Origin: a virus
Taxonomy: Duplodnaviria; Caudoviricetes
Virus record (IMG/VR): IMGVR_UViG_3300022777_000062
Span: 1-48,141 of that record
Direction: 5' to 3' (one strand)
Length of the DNA: 48,141 bases
A program made the translations under genes and the position numbers. Positions 1 to 8,804 of the stretch are shown here, one piece after another. Numbering within the stretch: position 1 is the stretch's first letter; every line of letters begins with the position of its first letter. Below the pieces are notes generated by a model. That model was not told the DNA's origin. It searched no databases and saw nothing but the letters and a program-made list of their open reading frames with translations.

Positions 1-149
1 TGCAGTGAAGCTGCGACGGGTTGCCCATGTGGCTGCATTGAGGGAACCATAAACATCTGCCCCGTTCGCATAGGGATTGCTCTGACCCTCATTCAACCTC
101 ACATCAATAAGCAACCTATTGTCAGTAGGGTTATAACCATTCTTGAAAG
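1..149. repeat. Terminal overlap with 47993-48141 (circular assembly junction), 147/149 identical
   Basis: Direct comparison; mismatches at 21 (T vs C at 48013) and 23 (G vs A at 48015); lies inside a CDS that reads through the junction. Confidence 0.95.
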
Positions 150-840
150 TGTCAAGCACTTGGCAGCGTGTTTTCTTAAAGTTATAGAATCTGAAGAAAG
201 AAATCAGGCCATCATATTCCAAATCAAACTGAGTTCCCTCATTACCCAAGAAATTAAGTGTGCCTGATGTGTCATCTGCGAGCTCACTCGTCACGCTTGT
301 GTCTTCTGCTTCTAACAATAGAGTACCGTTTTCATCCAGCATGTAGATGTCCCGTCTGTTGTTATTAAAAGACACAGCCATGTAAATCCAAGTGTCTGCT
401 AAATCTGCTGTGGTATTTCCGGCGGTTTCGATTACATTGATGGTACTGTCCCCTGATTGTGTGCCAGTGCTCATGGTACTCGAGGAAATCAAAGTACGGT
501 CCCTGTCTACGCCGTCCTTGGCAATGTCAATATAGAAAACGTCGTCGCCCCAAGGAAAATTTCCTAAAAACTGTATATTACCGTTCGAGTCCAGCACTTC
601 GAAAGTTCTTTGGTTTATTCTTTGCCTATATTTAAACTCTAATTCGAAGGTACCTTCTTTCTGACCATTCAACACATTGTCAACAGCAGAATCTAAAGTA
701 GCCGGAGGAGGGTTAGCGGCAGTACCGTCGTGACTCAAGGCCCAGAATCCCAGAGGCTCCTGTGGATTTGAAATAGGGAAAGTAAACCCTGACGGTAGCA
801 CCCATCTGTTTCGTGAGCCAGTAATGAACCTATTTACCAT
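1..840 (-). CDS. N-terminal half of ~562-aa tandem LamG/concanavalin-like virion protein (continues at 47992-47144)
   Basis: ATG at 840 overlaps the TAA of the upstream ORF; open frame MVNRFITGSRNRW... runs to base 1 and joins in frame with the 47144-48106 ORF; internal duplication FFRFYNFKKTRCQVLDTF / FFRVYNYKKTRAEVEDTF. Confidence 0.8.
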   Translation of the reverse strand, partial: MVNRFITGSRNRWVLPSGFTFPISNPQEPLGFWALSHDGTAANPPPATLDSAVDNVLNGQKEGTFELEFKYRQRINQRTFEVLDSNGNIQFLGNFPWGDDVFYIDIAKDGVDRDRTLISSSTMSTGTQSGDSTINVIETAGNTTADLADTWIYMAVSFNNNRRDIYMLDENGTLLLEAEDTSVTSELADDTSGTLNFLGNEGTQFDLEYDGLISFFRFYNFKKTRCQVLDTFKNGYNPTDNRLLIDVRLNEGQSNPYANGADVYGSLNAATWATRRSFTA

Positions 841-1346
841 TACGAAACCACCTGCAATTTACCGTACGAAACGAACAAGTTTTTGGCAATGTAGCCGTGC
901 ATGTCTAAGTTGATGTCAACGTAAACGGGAAACGTGGGGCTGCCTTGAAGGTCAACCTGAACTTTAAAGCCATCCCCATCAACAACAAAATCAATGCTGC
1001 TACCTGTAGCGTTAATGGAAAAATCTGCTGCCCCGTCGTAATTTTCCACGGACAAAGTACCACCATCATTAACCATGGCGCGCTTGTCCCCAATGAAATC
1101 AAAGAAGGAACCGTCACTGTTAACGAGCAAAGCTAATGGTTGTCCGGCCAAGATGCTGTCATCAGGTAAGTAGAATTTGTCATTGCTGTCATCACTTAAA
1201 AAGAAGTCCGAAGTACCTGTACCTTTGCTCGACTCAATTTTTCCAGCTAAGCGGATGATGCGTTCGCCTTGGAAAAAGAATTGGTGTTCGAAGATTGCTG
1301 TCTTTCTGCGTTCTTTGAGTGTTGTTGGAAAAGTTCTTTGTGCCAT
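840..1346 (-). CDS. Small beta-rich virion protein, paralogue 4 (cement/decoration-like)
   Basis: Shares DKFYLPDDS, NDGGT and VQV motifs with three neighbours; in late operon. Confidence 0.6.
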   Translation of the reverse strand: MAQRTFPTTLKERRKTAIFEHQFFFQGERIIRLAGKIESSKGTGTSDFFLSDDSNDKFYLPDDSILAGQPLALLVNSDGSFFDFIGDKRAMVNDGGTLSVENYDGAADFSINATGSSIDFVVDGDGFKVQVDLQGSPTFPVYVDINLDMHGYIAKNLFVSYGKLQVVS

Positions 1347-1837
1347 TATGTACCTCTGTTGAAATAGAAGAATCGAGCGTCAAAGTTATTTGTTACGTAA
1401 CCCTTGATGTCAAATTCAGTGTTGAACCAAAGGCTACCTTGTCCGGAACCTGCTTTCACTTGGAGCGTGACTCCATTGGTGTTGGTGGTTGTTATTTGAA
1501 ACCCGGTACCATTACCGTCAGTCACTGTGGTACTAGCTATGACACCTAACGAAACAGTACCACCATCATTTTCCGCATCGAGGGAACCAGTGATTAGATT
1601 GTTTAGCGACCCATCATCATTCATGAAGAGGGTACGGACGTCAACTGCGAAATACGAGTCTTGCGGCAAATAAATGGCATCGGGCTCGGTTTGCTGGGAG
1701 CCGTCGTTACCATCAAAGTAAATCGTAAACCATGTGCCTTCCGTTTCGATTTTCCCGATGAAGTCTAGGCTCGTGGGAATCCGGCCTTCGATGAATTGAC
1801 GTTCCCGGGATTCTTTGAAAGTTGAGTATATAGTCAT
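1346..1837 (-). CDS. Small beta-rich virion protein, paralogue 3
   Basis: MTIYSTFKESRERQF; DAIYLPQDS; ENDGGT; coupled start/stop overlaps. Confidence 0.6.
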   Translation of the reverse strand: MTIYSTFKESRERQFIEGRIPTSLDFIGKIETEGTWFTIYFDGNDGSQQTEPDAIYLPQDSYFAVDVRTLFMNDDGSLNNLITGSLDAENDGGTVSLGVIASTTVTDGNGTGFQITTTNTNGVTLQVKAGSGQGSLWFNTEFDIKGYVTNNFDARFFYFNRGT

Positions 1838-2409
1838 GACTTAATCTGGAGCTCCTTGGTGTTGTCATCTGCCTTCATATAGTGGTAGAAGTTCATGGTA
1901 ATCGAAACGAACATGAAGTCTGTCTGCCCCGTTTCGGCTTTTACTTGGGGAACCAGACCATCACCACCAGTAATACCAGTAGTACTGCCACTTCCATTCG
2001 AAACGTCGGGTCCGGTACCTTGAACGTTGCCATCCGTGTCGATTATGGCAATGCGGATGAGGTTACTTCCCGGACCATTGTTAGTCGGGGAGTTGTCGTT
2101 AGTGGCGATGTCGATGGAGCCGTTCACTTTCTGCACATCTTGGCGGAAGGTCTGCTCGTTACGCGCATTACCATCGTTGTCAATCCAAATACAAGTGAAC
2201 CTAATTTCGAGGCTGCTATTGTCCGGAATGTACAAAGCATCAGGCTCGAGTTCCGGAACCGAGGAATCAAACTCTTCCCCGTGCCAATACAGCTCGAACC
2301 ATTCATCAAGTGTTCCAATACGTGCAAACCAAGTCTGACTCTGGTACGGGAGTGTGCGAGCTAGCCACTGTTTAATGCGCCAGTCACGTGTTGAGTTGAA
2401 AATTGTCAT
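1834..2409 (-). CDS. Small beta-rich virion protein, paralogue 2 (start at MTIFNS)
   Basis: AGGAGG RBS before ATG 2409; MTIFNSTRDWRIKQW; DALYIPDNS; QVKA. Confidence 0.6.
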   Translation of the reverse strand: MTIFNSTRDWRIKQWLARTLPYQSQTWFARIGTLDEWFELYWHGEEFDSSVPELEPDALYIPDNSSLEIRFTCIWIDNDGNARNEQTFRQDVQKVNGSIDIATNDNSPTNNGPGSNLIRIAIIDTDGNVQGTGPDVSNGSGSTTGITGGDGLVPQVKAETGQTDFMFVSITMNFYHYMKADDNTKELQIKS

Positions 2410-2432
2410 GTGTTTCCTCCTGTAATGCATAT

Positions 2433-2458
2433 GAAAAAGAGGGGAACCCGCCCCTCTT
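2433..2458 (-). terminator. Rho-independent terminator after paralogue 1
   Basis: Minus strand AAGAGGGG-cgggtt-CCCCTCTT followed by T-run. Confidence 0.7.
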
Positions 2459-2472
2459 AACAAAACTTAATA

Positions 2473-3030
2473 TTAGGTGGTGAGGTCGTTACGTTGGATT
2501 CGGCCATACTTAAGAAAGTCGTAATCGTCCATGTAGGAAAGCAGCTCGATGTAGGCTTGGACGTACACATCGCCGCTAGTGCTGGTACCGTCGGCATCCA
2601 ACGTGGCTTTTACAGCAATTCCATTTGTGTCTTTGCTTACGATGGCGATGTCGTCATTGGCGGCGGTGGTGCTTTCTGTACCTGCCGATTGAACGGTGAT
2701 GGTTTGACCGCTTCCACCATCGTCCTGAACCACGGTAACGACTTCATCATTCAGTCGGTAGCGAATCTTGCTATTGTCAGAAGCACCAGCGTCAATCATG
2801 ATGCCGTGGAGCTTGACTAACAATAAGCCACCATCCGTAACGTAAATAGCATCATCACGTTCCTGCTGGTCGCTGTCTTGACCTTCGCGGAAAAGGGTGA
2901 GGGTTTTGTCACTCCCACTGATTGCACTACCGTCGTTGTAGAACTGACCGAAGAAACCATGGAACCGGTTGAGCCGGTGTTCCTGAAACTGGTTTTCGCG
3001 TGCTGTTTTTAGGTTGTCAAAAATACTCAT
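2473..3030 (-). CDS. Small beta-rich virion protein, paralogue 1 (possibly the major cement protein)
   Basis: AGGAGG RBS; MSIFDNLKTARENQF; DAIYVTDGG; followed by a terminator. Confidence 0.6.
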   Translation of the reverse strand: MSIFDNLKTARENQFQEHRLNRFHGFFGQFYNDGSAISGSDKTLTLFREGQDSDQQERDDAIYVTDGGLLLVKLHGIMIDAGASDNSKIRYRLNDEVVTVVQDDGGSGQTITVQSAGTESTTAANDDIAIVSKDTNGIAVKATLDADGTSTSGDVYVQAYIELLSYMDDYDFLKYGRIQRNDLTT

Positions 3031-3050
3031 GCAATACCTCCTGTATATAT

Positions 3051-3557
3051 TTAACGGGGCTGTCCGGACGAAAGAATGCCGCGCCGAGCAGAAGGCCGCG
3101 GGACAAAATTTCTATTCTGCCTTTCTTGTTTGGCTGTAGCTTGGCGTTCTTGTCGCCGGTCTAGCAGAAGGGAGCGTTCCTGTAGCGCCTCAGCCTGTTG
3201 CCTCTGACGTGCGTTTCGGGCTTCTTCCTGCTCTTGCGCGGCTTCTGAGCGCTGCTGCTCTATGAATTCAAGTTGCTCCTGCTGGGTTTGCGTCACATCT
3301 TCCAACGTGTTGCCAAATTGCTGCAAGCGTTGTTGGGAAGCTTTTTGTTGTTCCCGGAGTAGGCTGAGTTGGTTTGTGAATTGCTCGGTGCGTTGTTGTT
3401 GTTGCTCGCGTAAAAGTTCGATTTCGCGGTTTTGGCGACGCGCAGATTTACGTTCCAGCTCCAATCGTTTCCGTTCCAACTCCAATTGCTTCTGTGAAAT
3501 TTCTTGTTGCTGCTCGCGCTGGTCGCTACGGTCGCCACCGCCACCACCACCCATCAT
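3051..3557 (-). CDS. Gln/Arg-rich coiled-coil protein, possibly internal virion
   Basis: N-terminal MMGGGGGG, QERQ-rich; in late operon. Confidence 0.55.
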   Translation of the reverse strand: MMGGGGGGDRSDQREQQQEISQKQLELERKRLELERKSARRQNREIELLREQQQQRTEQFTNQLSLLREQQKASQQRLQQFGNTLEDVTQTQQEQLEFIEQQRSEAAQEQEEARNARQRQQAEALQERSLLLDRRQERQATAKQERQNRNFVPRPSARRGILSSGQPR

Positions 3558-3558
3558 G

Positions 3559-3756
3559 TTACGGTGTCACCTCCTTGCCTTTGAACTTGGTGTTCTTGGT
3601 GAATGGCCGGTTTTGAGGTTTGCCCCTTAGCACGGTTTCGCGCTCATCAGTTAATTTGGACGCACCTTTGCCCGTACGTTCCTCGTTACGGGGACTCCCT
3701 CTAAGTTGTTTTCTGCCTAAGTTTCGACTTACCTTGGTTCTTCGCCTTCTGGGCAT
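3559..3756 (-). CDS. Small highly basic protein
   Basis: MPRRRRTK...; GAGGA RBS; tiles the operon. Confidence 0.5.
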   Translation of the reverse strand: MPRRRRTKVSRNLGRKQLRGSPRNEERTGKGASKLTDERETVLRGKPQNRPFTKNTKFKGKEVTP

Positions 3757-3955
3757 TTTTCATCCTCTTGCGTGCTGCTCGTGCGTTGTAACGTTCGCGT
3801 CGGTGCTTCTGTAATTGGTCGTGTGCCGTTTCTTCGTTAGGCTTCTGATTGAACAAGTAGTCGTGTAACTCATTCCACGTGATGTTGTTAGTCGCCATGA
3901 TGCCTTGGATTTGGTCCATCTTGGCTTTCTTGATTTTCTGCTCTAGATTCCGCAT
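3701..3955 (-). CDS. Hypothetical protein
   Basis: GGAGG upstream; overlaps both neighbours. Confidence 0.5.
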   Translation of the reverse strand: MRNLEQKIKKAKMDQIQGIMATNNITWNELHDYLFNQKPNEETAHDQLQKHRRERYNARAARKRMKNAQKAKNQGKSKLRQKTT

Positions 3956-4166
3956 TTTCTTTGTTACCTCCCATGATGTAACCTTCAGTGTATGCTGCTT
4001 GTTGACTGCGGGTTTGACTCACCACCCACTCTAAGTCCGTTTCGATTTTTCCGATTCTTTGATTTACGTAAGCTTGTAGTTCATCTTGGTCGCGCTTAAG
4101 TTTGTAGTAGCCACCAATAATGGTACTGATGATTGTAATTAATGCCGCTAAGTTACCTGTACTCAC
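3888..4166 (-). CDS. Single-TM membrane protein (holin-like candidate)
   Basis: N-terminal LAALITIISTIIGGYY followed by coiled coil; GGAGG RBS. Confidence 0.45.
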   Translation of the reverse strand: MSTGNLAALITIISTIIGGYYKLKRDQDELQAYVNQRIGKIETDLEWVVSQTRSQQAAYTEGYIMGGNKENAESRAENQESQDGPNPRHHGD

Positions 4167-4182
4167 TCATTCGCCCCTCCCG

Positions 4183-4530
4183 TTACGGTGCCACGCTACT
4201 GATGTTGACCGAGTAAAATTGGTGGTTAAACGTAGCAGAAGTTCCGGACGTGGCTGAGGCGATGTTCAACTGGTTAGCTCCGTCCATGAGGTAAAAGCCA
4301 AAGTAGCTGTCATTGTTCGCACTAATAACGAAGCCGGTGGTTGAGTCACCTGCTGTCGGAGCATTGCCGTCGAACCTAACAATACCATCAGCACCGGAGC
4401 TGCCTGGAACCTGTAGCATTACGTAATTGGCTCGGTCCGGTATGTCGATGGTTGCTTCTTGTGATGTTGACGTACTACTGAAATTACCAACAATACCACC
4501 AACGCCCATTCTAGCTGTGTCCTTGGGCAT
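4183..4530 (-). CDS. Small beta-rich structural protein (head spike-base/decoration-like)
   Basis: First late-operon gene, AGGAGG RBS; YVMLQV...IVRFDGNAPT..GF pattern. Confidence 0.5.
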   Translation of the reverse strand: MPKDTARMGVGGIVGNFSSTSTSQEATIDIPDRANYVMLQVPGSSGADGIVRFDGNAPTAGDSTTGFVISANNDSYFGFYLMDGANQLNIASATSGTSATFNHQFYSVNISSVAP

Positions 4531-5174
4531 ACTATTACCTCCTGTATAGCTTCATTCGTCGGCTCGTTTCGACTACACTAAGTTCCTTTAAAATACGAAA
4601 CGAGGGCTTGGGGCCTCCTAGCTCTAAATCATAGCTTTTAACCATGGCTTTACATCATACAAGCATTGTTAAGTTTTTCCACGCACACACACAACGCGCA
4701 TTTCACGGGGGTAATGGACAGGAGGCGCGGTGTGGAGGGGTTAATGGCTGCAGAATTTACGGGGGTGGGGTAGAAAACCTATACCACACGACTTCCCCCA
4801 TTAGCTTTTCAAATCGCAGAGTCCCACTTCTTTTGTCTGGCTCCTGGTAAATTTCTACTGCAATCAACTATATAGTTAAAGAGTGAAAGGCAACAAGCCA
4901 CACTGCCCTGTATGTGGGAATTCTTATTAACACTTTCCTCAATTCCCGCAAACAGCTGCTCAAAACCAAAACCTATTAACGCGCGTCTGTTTTTATATTA
5001 ACTCTGCCACTATTGCTGCTACTGTTGCTCCGTAAATTGACTGACAGCAGCAGAATTTGGAGGGATTTACATGGAGGGGGTTGGCAATTGGGCTTTGGCG
5101 AGTTAGATTGAAAGTAGTTAGATTGAAAGTAGAAAGTTTTGGTCAGCACATAAACGAGTTGTTTAGTTAAGTGC

Positions 5175-5203
5175 TTGACAAATTAGGAACTTAACGCTAG
5201 ATT
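5175..5203 (+). promoter_or_regulatory. Sigma70-type promoter
   Basis: TTGACA-17 bp-TAGATT upstream of 5246. Confidence 0.75.
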
Positions 5204-5245
5204 GAATATATAACACAAACACAGCCACAAGGAGTAGGCAACATC

Positions 5246-5689
5246 ATGAACTTACAACGAACAGCAATGAAAATCGCAGCAGCCGCAACACCTTTCCTCT
5301 TCGCACTCGGTACAGCAGCAGCAACACCAGCAAACGCGAGCGAATCTACCACCTGGGACGTAGAGCTGAGGCAAATCGGCGACATGGACCAAGCGGCTTA
5401 CTGCCTGGAAAATGACGCTAATGGTGATGGCCTTTGGGATGAGCGTTACTGCTTACTCGCTGGCAACATGGACGCTGAAGACTTCATGGACAATCCTGAG
5501 GTTGCTTTCTTCAACATTGAAAATGGCAGCGACTATGCCAAGGCCAGTCAAACGTACACCCAAGACGGCAGCACCTACAAAATCACCGAAGCAGTAGTAA
5601 CAGGGCCTCAAGAAGAGCGGGTTTACCAAGCTAGGATGACGGAAAAACTGACGACTTCGAACCCAACCTTCACTGGCACTTGGAATTAA
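5246..5689 (+). CDS. Secreted/periplasmic acidic protein with signal peptide
   Basis: MKIAAAATPFLFALGTAAATPANA signal ending in AxA; AGGAG RBS. Confidence 0.7.
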   Translation: MNLQRTAMKIAAAATPFLFALGTAAATPANASESTTWDVELRQIGDMDQAAYCLENDANGDGLWDERYCLLAGNMDAEDFMDNPEVAFFNIENGSDYAKASQTYTQDGSTYKITEAVVTGPQEERVYQARMTEKLTTSNPTFTGTWN

Positions 5690-5798
5690 CGTTACACACA
5701 AAGGCAATAGAAAGCCACTGAACAAAAAGCTACCACCTTTCGCCTGGTTACCATCCTAACCGGGCTTTCTTTTTGTTGTGGCTTAAATGTGTTGGAGG
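5688..5798 (+). repeat. ~110-bp structured intergenic element, copy A (includes terminator-like hairpin)
   Basis: ACACAAAGGCAATAGAAAGCC...hairpin...TTTCTTTTTGTTGTGGCTTAA.T.TGTTGGAGG; homologous to 6375-6474, 10862-10960 and 11021-11130. Confidence 0.85.
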
Positions 5799-5827
5799 TT
5801 GACAAACGAGGGTACTGTTGTTAGCTT
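5799..5827 (+). promoter_or_regulatory. Sigma70-type promoter
   Basis: TTGACA-17 bp-TAGCTT upstream of 5857. Confidence 0.7.
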
Positions 5828-5856
5828 AAAGGCATATAGAGTTCAATAGTAGCAGA

Positions 5857-6387
5857 ATGAGCGTAGACAAGAGTTTCCACGAAGAGCAGGAACGAGGGTT
5901 ACACCAAGAACGCAGACTGAAGTTCCACATCGCGCACAAAGGACACACTGTGAAGGATGCCAACAAGCATCAACAGCTGAAGAACGACGTGGATTTCTTG
6001 GTGCGCCGGAACGATGGTAAGTGGTTAAGCGTTAGCGTCAAGGCACCAAGCAAGAAGAACGTAGACAAGTATGGCTGTGTGCTGGTGGAAACCCAAGTCA
6101 CGTTACGCTCGGGGAAAGTTAAACCGGGCTGGTTCTACTGGGGTACCGCTAATGTTATTGCTTTTGTCGTTGGCAATGATGTTTATACTGGCTGGAAGCG
6201 TGAGCTTTTGAGTTATTACGAGCGAAACAAGCACAGGATTAAGCACAAATCACTCACCACCAGGACTAAACAACAACAGAACGAGGCGGGTCATGCCTGC
6301 GTGGATGGTACGTGCGCTGCCTTGCCACTCGATGAGCTGCGCCACCAAGGTGTGCTTAGGTACAGTGGTAAGCTACAAAAGCAATAG
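5857..6387 (+). CDS. PD-(D/E)xK-fold nuclease-like protein
   Basis: E..(DV)DFLV..VSVK..VLVE..GWFY pattern of restriction-endonuclease-like phage proteins. Confidence 0.6.
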   Translation: MSVDKSFHEEQERGLHQERRLKFHIAHKGHTVKDANKHQQLKNDVDFLVRRNDGKWLSVSVKAPSKKNVDKYGCVLVETQVTLRSGKVKPGWFYWGTANVIAFVVGNDVYTGWKRELLSYYERNKHRIKHKSLTTRTKQQQNEAGHACVDGTCAALPLDELRHQGVLRYSGKLQKQ

Positions 6388-6474
6388 AAGCCAACACAAC
6401 CAACAAAATAATAATTCCCGGGGGAAGCATCACCCGGGATTATTAACGTGGGTTGTGGCTTAATTTTGTGGGAG
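6375..6474 (+). repeat. Structured element copy B
   Basis: ACAAAAGCAATAGAAGCC...CCCGGG hairpin...GTTGTGGCTTAATTTTGTGGGAG. Confidence 0.75.
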
Positions 6475-6492
6475 CGAAACGAGGGCCGAGGG

Positions 6493-6654
6493 TTAAAAGG
6501 GGATGTTACTAATCGCTTCGCCGCATTCTTGTGCCAGCTCTTGACTAAGGCCAGCACGAGCAAGCAAGGCCACCAACAAGTATTCCACTGCGCGTGCTGC
6601 TAATTGGCCGCTGCCTTTTGGAATGTCACTAAAGAAATCCTTAATTAGTTTCAT
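6493..6654 (-). CDS. Small 53-aa hypothetical protein (MKLIKDFFSDIP...)
   Basis: AGGAGG RBS; open frame to TAA at 6493; below the ORF-track size cutoff. Confidence 0.55.
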   Translation of the reverse strand: MKLIKDFFSDIPKGSGQLAARAVEYLLVALLARAGLSQELAQECGEAISNIPF

Positions 6655-6889
6655 GCTTTTCTACCTCCTGCTCTATTTCCTGCTGGTCTACCTCCTGCTG
6701 TTCGTAGACCGCATCTAGTTACCGTCGCTTCTTGCGCTTGTTGTTCTTGGCGTTAATACGTTTCTTGCCAGCCATCAGCATACACTGTTGCATCATCATC
6801 ATCACCTCCCTCCGGCACATACAATAAGTGGCCGCCTACGATTGGCAGCCACCGTTTCGATTTAAATGATGCTCGTAACAATATTGATT

Positions 6890-7144
6890 CTAATAGTAGT
6901 GCGACTCATCAAAAAAGACAAAGCATCTAGGACGTGTGCCACAAAGCGCTTCACGTAACGGAATATGGCTTGAATCATCTAGTTCCTCCTTTGGAAACTG
7001 CATTGTTTGCTTCCAGTTCTTGCCGTCAAAGATGGCAGTGATTGTGCGCTTGTCAACTTCCCACCTGTCCGCTAGCTCTTGGTATGTAGCTCCCAGTTTG
7101 CGGGCGTGGCTGATTGACAAGACATCAAGCTCCGTAAGTTTCAT
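6890..7144 (-). CDS. Helix-turn-helix DNA-binding protein
   Basis: GATYQELADRWEVDKRTITAIFDGKNW HTH. Confidence 0.7.
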   Translation of the reverse strand: MKLTELDVLSISHARKLGATYQELADRWEVDKRTITAIFDGKNWKQTMQFPKEELDDSSHIPLREALCGTRPRCFVFFDESHYY

Positions 7145-7146
7145 GT

Positions 7147-7653
7147 TTACAGCCTTTCGTAATCTGCTTCCATGAATAATTGTACCTCATCATTCCGCCT
7201 GTTGACAAGCCCTTCGTTAACGCCATTGTCGTCACGATTCCAGCGCTTAATTTGGTCAGCGAGGCGTTGCTTTTCAGGGTACGTCAAAGCATCACCATCA
7301 GCCATGTCTTTCAGCATACTCAGTAAAGTCGAACGTTTGAACGCACCGAGGCCCACGTTATAAACAAAGCTTACCAAAGCATCCAGTTCGTATTGACGCA
7401 TCTTAATGTTGCGGGGAAGTGCACGTCCGAGGCCACGGGCAAACGAGTCTACCTTCTGCGTCAAGATGATGCGTGCTTGCTTCTTGGTCACGGTGTCATC
7501 CCACGTAACAGAGCGACCATTCAAAGTCGTGAATCCATAGCCAACAGTGGGGATGTTGTTGGTGTCGGCATAAGCTTCACGACTAAACCCTTCCCACGCA
7601 GCAATGAAGTCAATGACTTTGGGGCTCGGGTCGAAAGCTTTGGGATTGCGCAT
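7147..7653 (-). CDS. Phage lysozyme (GH24 endolysin)
   Basis: WEGF...AYADTNNIPTVGYG (E-x8-D-x5-T), DALVSFVYNVGLGAF, GLVNRR; likely start MRNPK at 7653. Confidence 0.9.
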   Translation of the reverse strand: MRNPKAFDPSPKVIDFIAAWEGFSREAYADTNNIPTVGYGFTTLNGRSVTWDDTVTKKQARIILTQKVDSFARGLGRALPRNIKMRQYELDALVSFVYNVGLGAFKRSTLLSMLKDMADGDALTYPEKQRLADQIKRWNRDDNGVNEGLVNRRNDEVQLFMEADYERL

Positions 7654-8014
7654 GATTCCTTCGTCCTTTGGCTTGGTGTCTTCTTGCTTTGTTTCGCTAA
7701 CATCAGCACGTCCTGGGTTACTTGTGTTCCCGGCCCAACGTGCGTTTCTACGTTTGATGAATTTCATGATTCTGTCCGGCACCTCGCTCCTTCTACCTTC
7801 ATTTCTTCTTCCGTTTCCGGCAGAAGTCTTTGGCTTTTGATTTGCTGATTCCGATTCGTTTCCTCGTCCGTTTGTCATTAGCAGCAGCACACATCAGCCT
7901 CTTTTGCTTTTTACTCTTGCTGGGCACGTGCTTTCACCTCCTACACGAAACAAGTCCCAGCTGCCAAAAGAGGCCGGGACTTGAACCTACGACTTGGGTT
8001 GTAGAACTTGGGAC

Positions 8015-8389
8015 TTAGAATGCGGGGCTTAGTTCACTGACGGTTCCACTCAGCTTGGGCGCTTTAGGGTTTTCGCTGTTGTTCAACCAGACAGCAACAT
8101 CATAAATAGCGCTCCCGTCTTGTGGATTGCAGAGTCTACCCTTCATGTCCGGAGCCTTTTCAGATGCACCATCATTTTGCTTTTCTAGCCAGAGGGTATA
8201 GACTCTGTCCTTGTTCTGGTCCACAACGTTGCCTTCTAAGCCTGAATCTGAGTAGAAGAGGAATGCTGTGCACGTACTGGCTTGGTCATTGAAGTCGATG
8301 TTACCATTACCATCAGCAAAATTAATCTTGCCAGAGTAATCAGTTTTGCTTTGTTCGCGACTTTGCCAGAGTGCAATTCGTGCTTCCAT
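8015..8389 (-). CDS. DUF736-like/SSB-like protein
   Basis: Repeated KAPDMKG / KAPKLSG and xVAVW motifs; own promoter. Confidence 0.5.
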   Translation of the reverse strand: MEARIALWQSREQSKTDYSGKINFADGNGNIDFNDQASTCTAFLFYSDSGLEGNVVDQNKDRVYTLWLEKQNDGASEKAPDMKGRLCNPQDGSAIYDVAVWLNNSENPKAPKLSGTVSELSPAF

Positions 8390-8420
8390 GTGAACCTCGT
8401 GTGCTGCGCGTACTAACTAT

Positions 8421-8449
8421 ATTGTAACGAAACGAAGGGACTGTGTCAA
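8421..8449 (-). promoter_or_regulatory. Sigma70-type promoter
   Basis: Minus strand TTGACA-17 bp-TACAAT. Confidence 0.85.
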
Positions 8450-8504
8450 GAGTCCGGGTTAATGCTAGCCAAACCAGCAAGCACTACCAGAAACAGCCAG
8501 AAAG

Positions 8505-8804
8505 TTAGTGACGTTGCGATGAATTCGTACATAGGGTACTCGCCTTGAACTCTACTGGACACTGTAGCGAACACCGAGGCTGGTTGTCAAGGTGTGCTTT
8601 GACTCGGTTTTCTAGTCGCGGAATGACTTGCCAGTTGCCATCTGTGTGCCAGCCACCACGAGCAGTCGGAAGGATGTGGTCAATGGAGTATTCGCAGCCA
8701 TCAATATAGCCAAAGAAACGAGCGACCCTGCGTAAGAAGGCGAGTCGCTCATCATCATGGATTGCTTGTTCTGGTGTTTTATAGGGAACTAGTTTCGCTG
8801 TCAT
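8505..8804 (-). CDS. HNH endonuclease
   Basis: IDHILPTARGGWHTDGNWQVI...ENRVK. Confidence 0.8.
   Translation of the reverse strand: MTAKLVPYKTPEQAIHDDERLAFLRRVARFFGYIDGCEYSIDHILPTARGGWHTDGNWQVIPRLENRVKAHLDNQPRCSLQCPVEFKASTLCTNSSQRH

Noticed and set aside
1-149. Diversity-generating retroelement TR/VR pair or biological terminal repeat
   Set aside because: No reverse transcriptase; differences not adenine-specific; repeat lies mid-gene at contig ends, as expected for an assembly overlap
4563-4604. Hammerhead ribozyme (CGAAAC motifs here and at 9620/9785)
   Set aside because: No CTGATGA core or matching three-stem arrangement
5080-5136. ATTGAAAG-ending repeats resembling a CRISPR repeat end
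   Set aside because: Only a 15-bp tandem duplication with no spacers or full repeats; no cas operon
7654-7890. N-terminal extension of the lysozyme
   Set aside because: Not part of the GH24 fold; RBS-preceded ATG at 7653; cannot exclude a separate small ORF
7971-8014. tRNA-like fragment (minus strand GTCGTAGGTTCAAGTCC)
   Set aside because: T-stem does not pair fully and no D-arm or acceptor stem; no integrase to suggest attP
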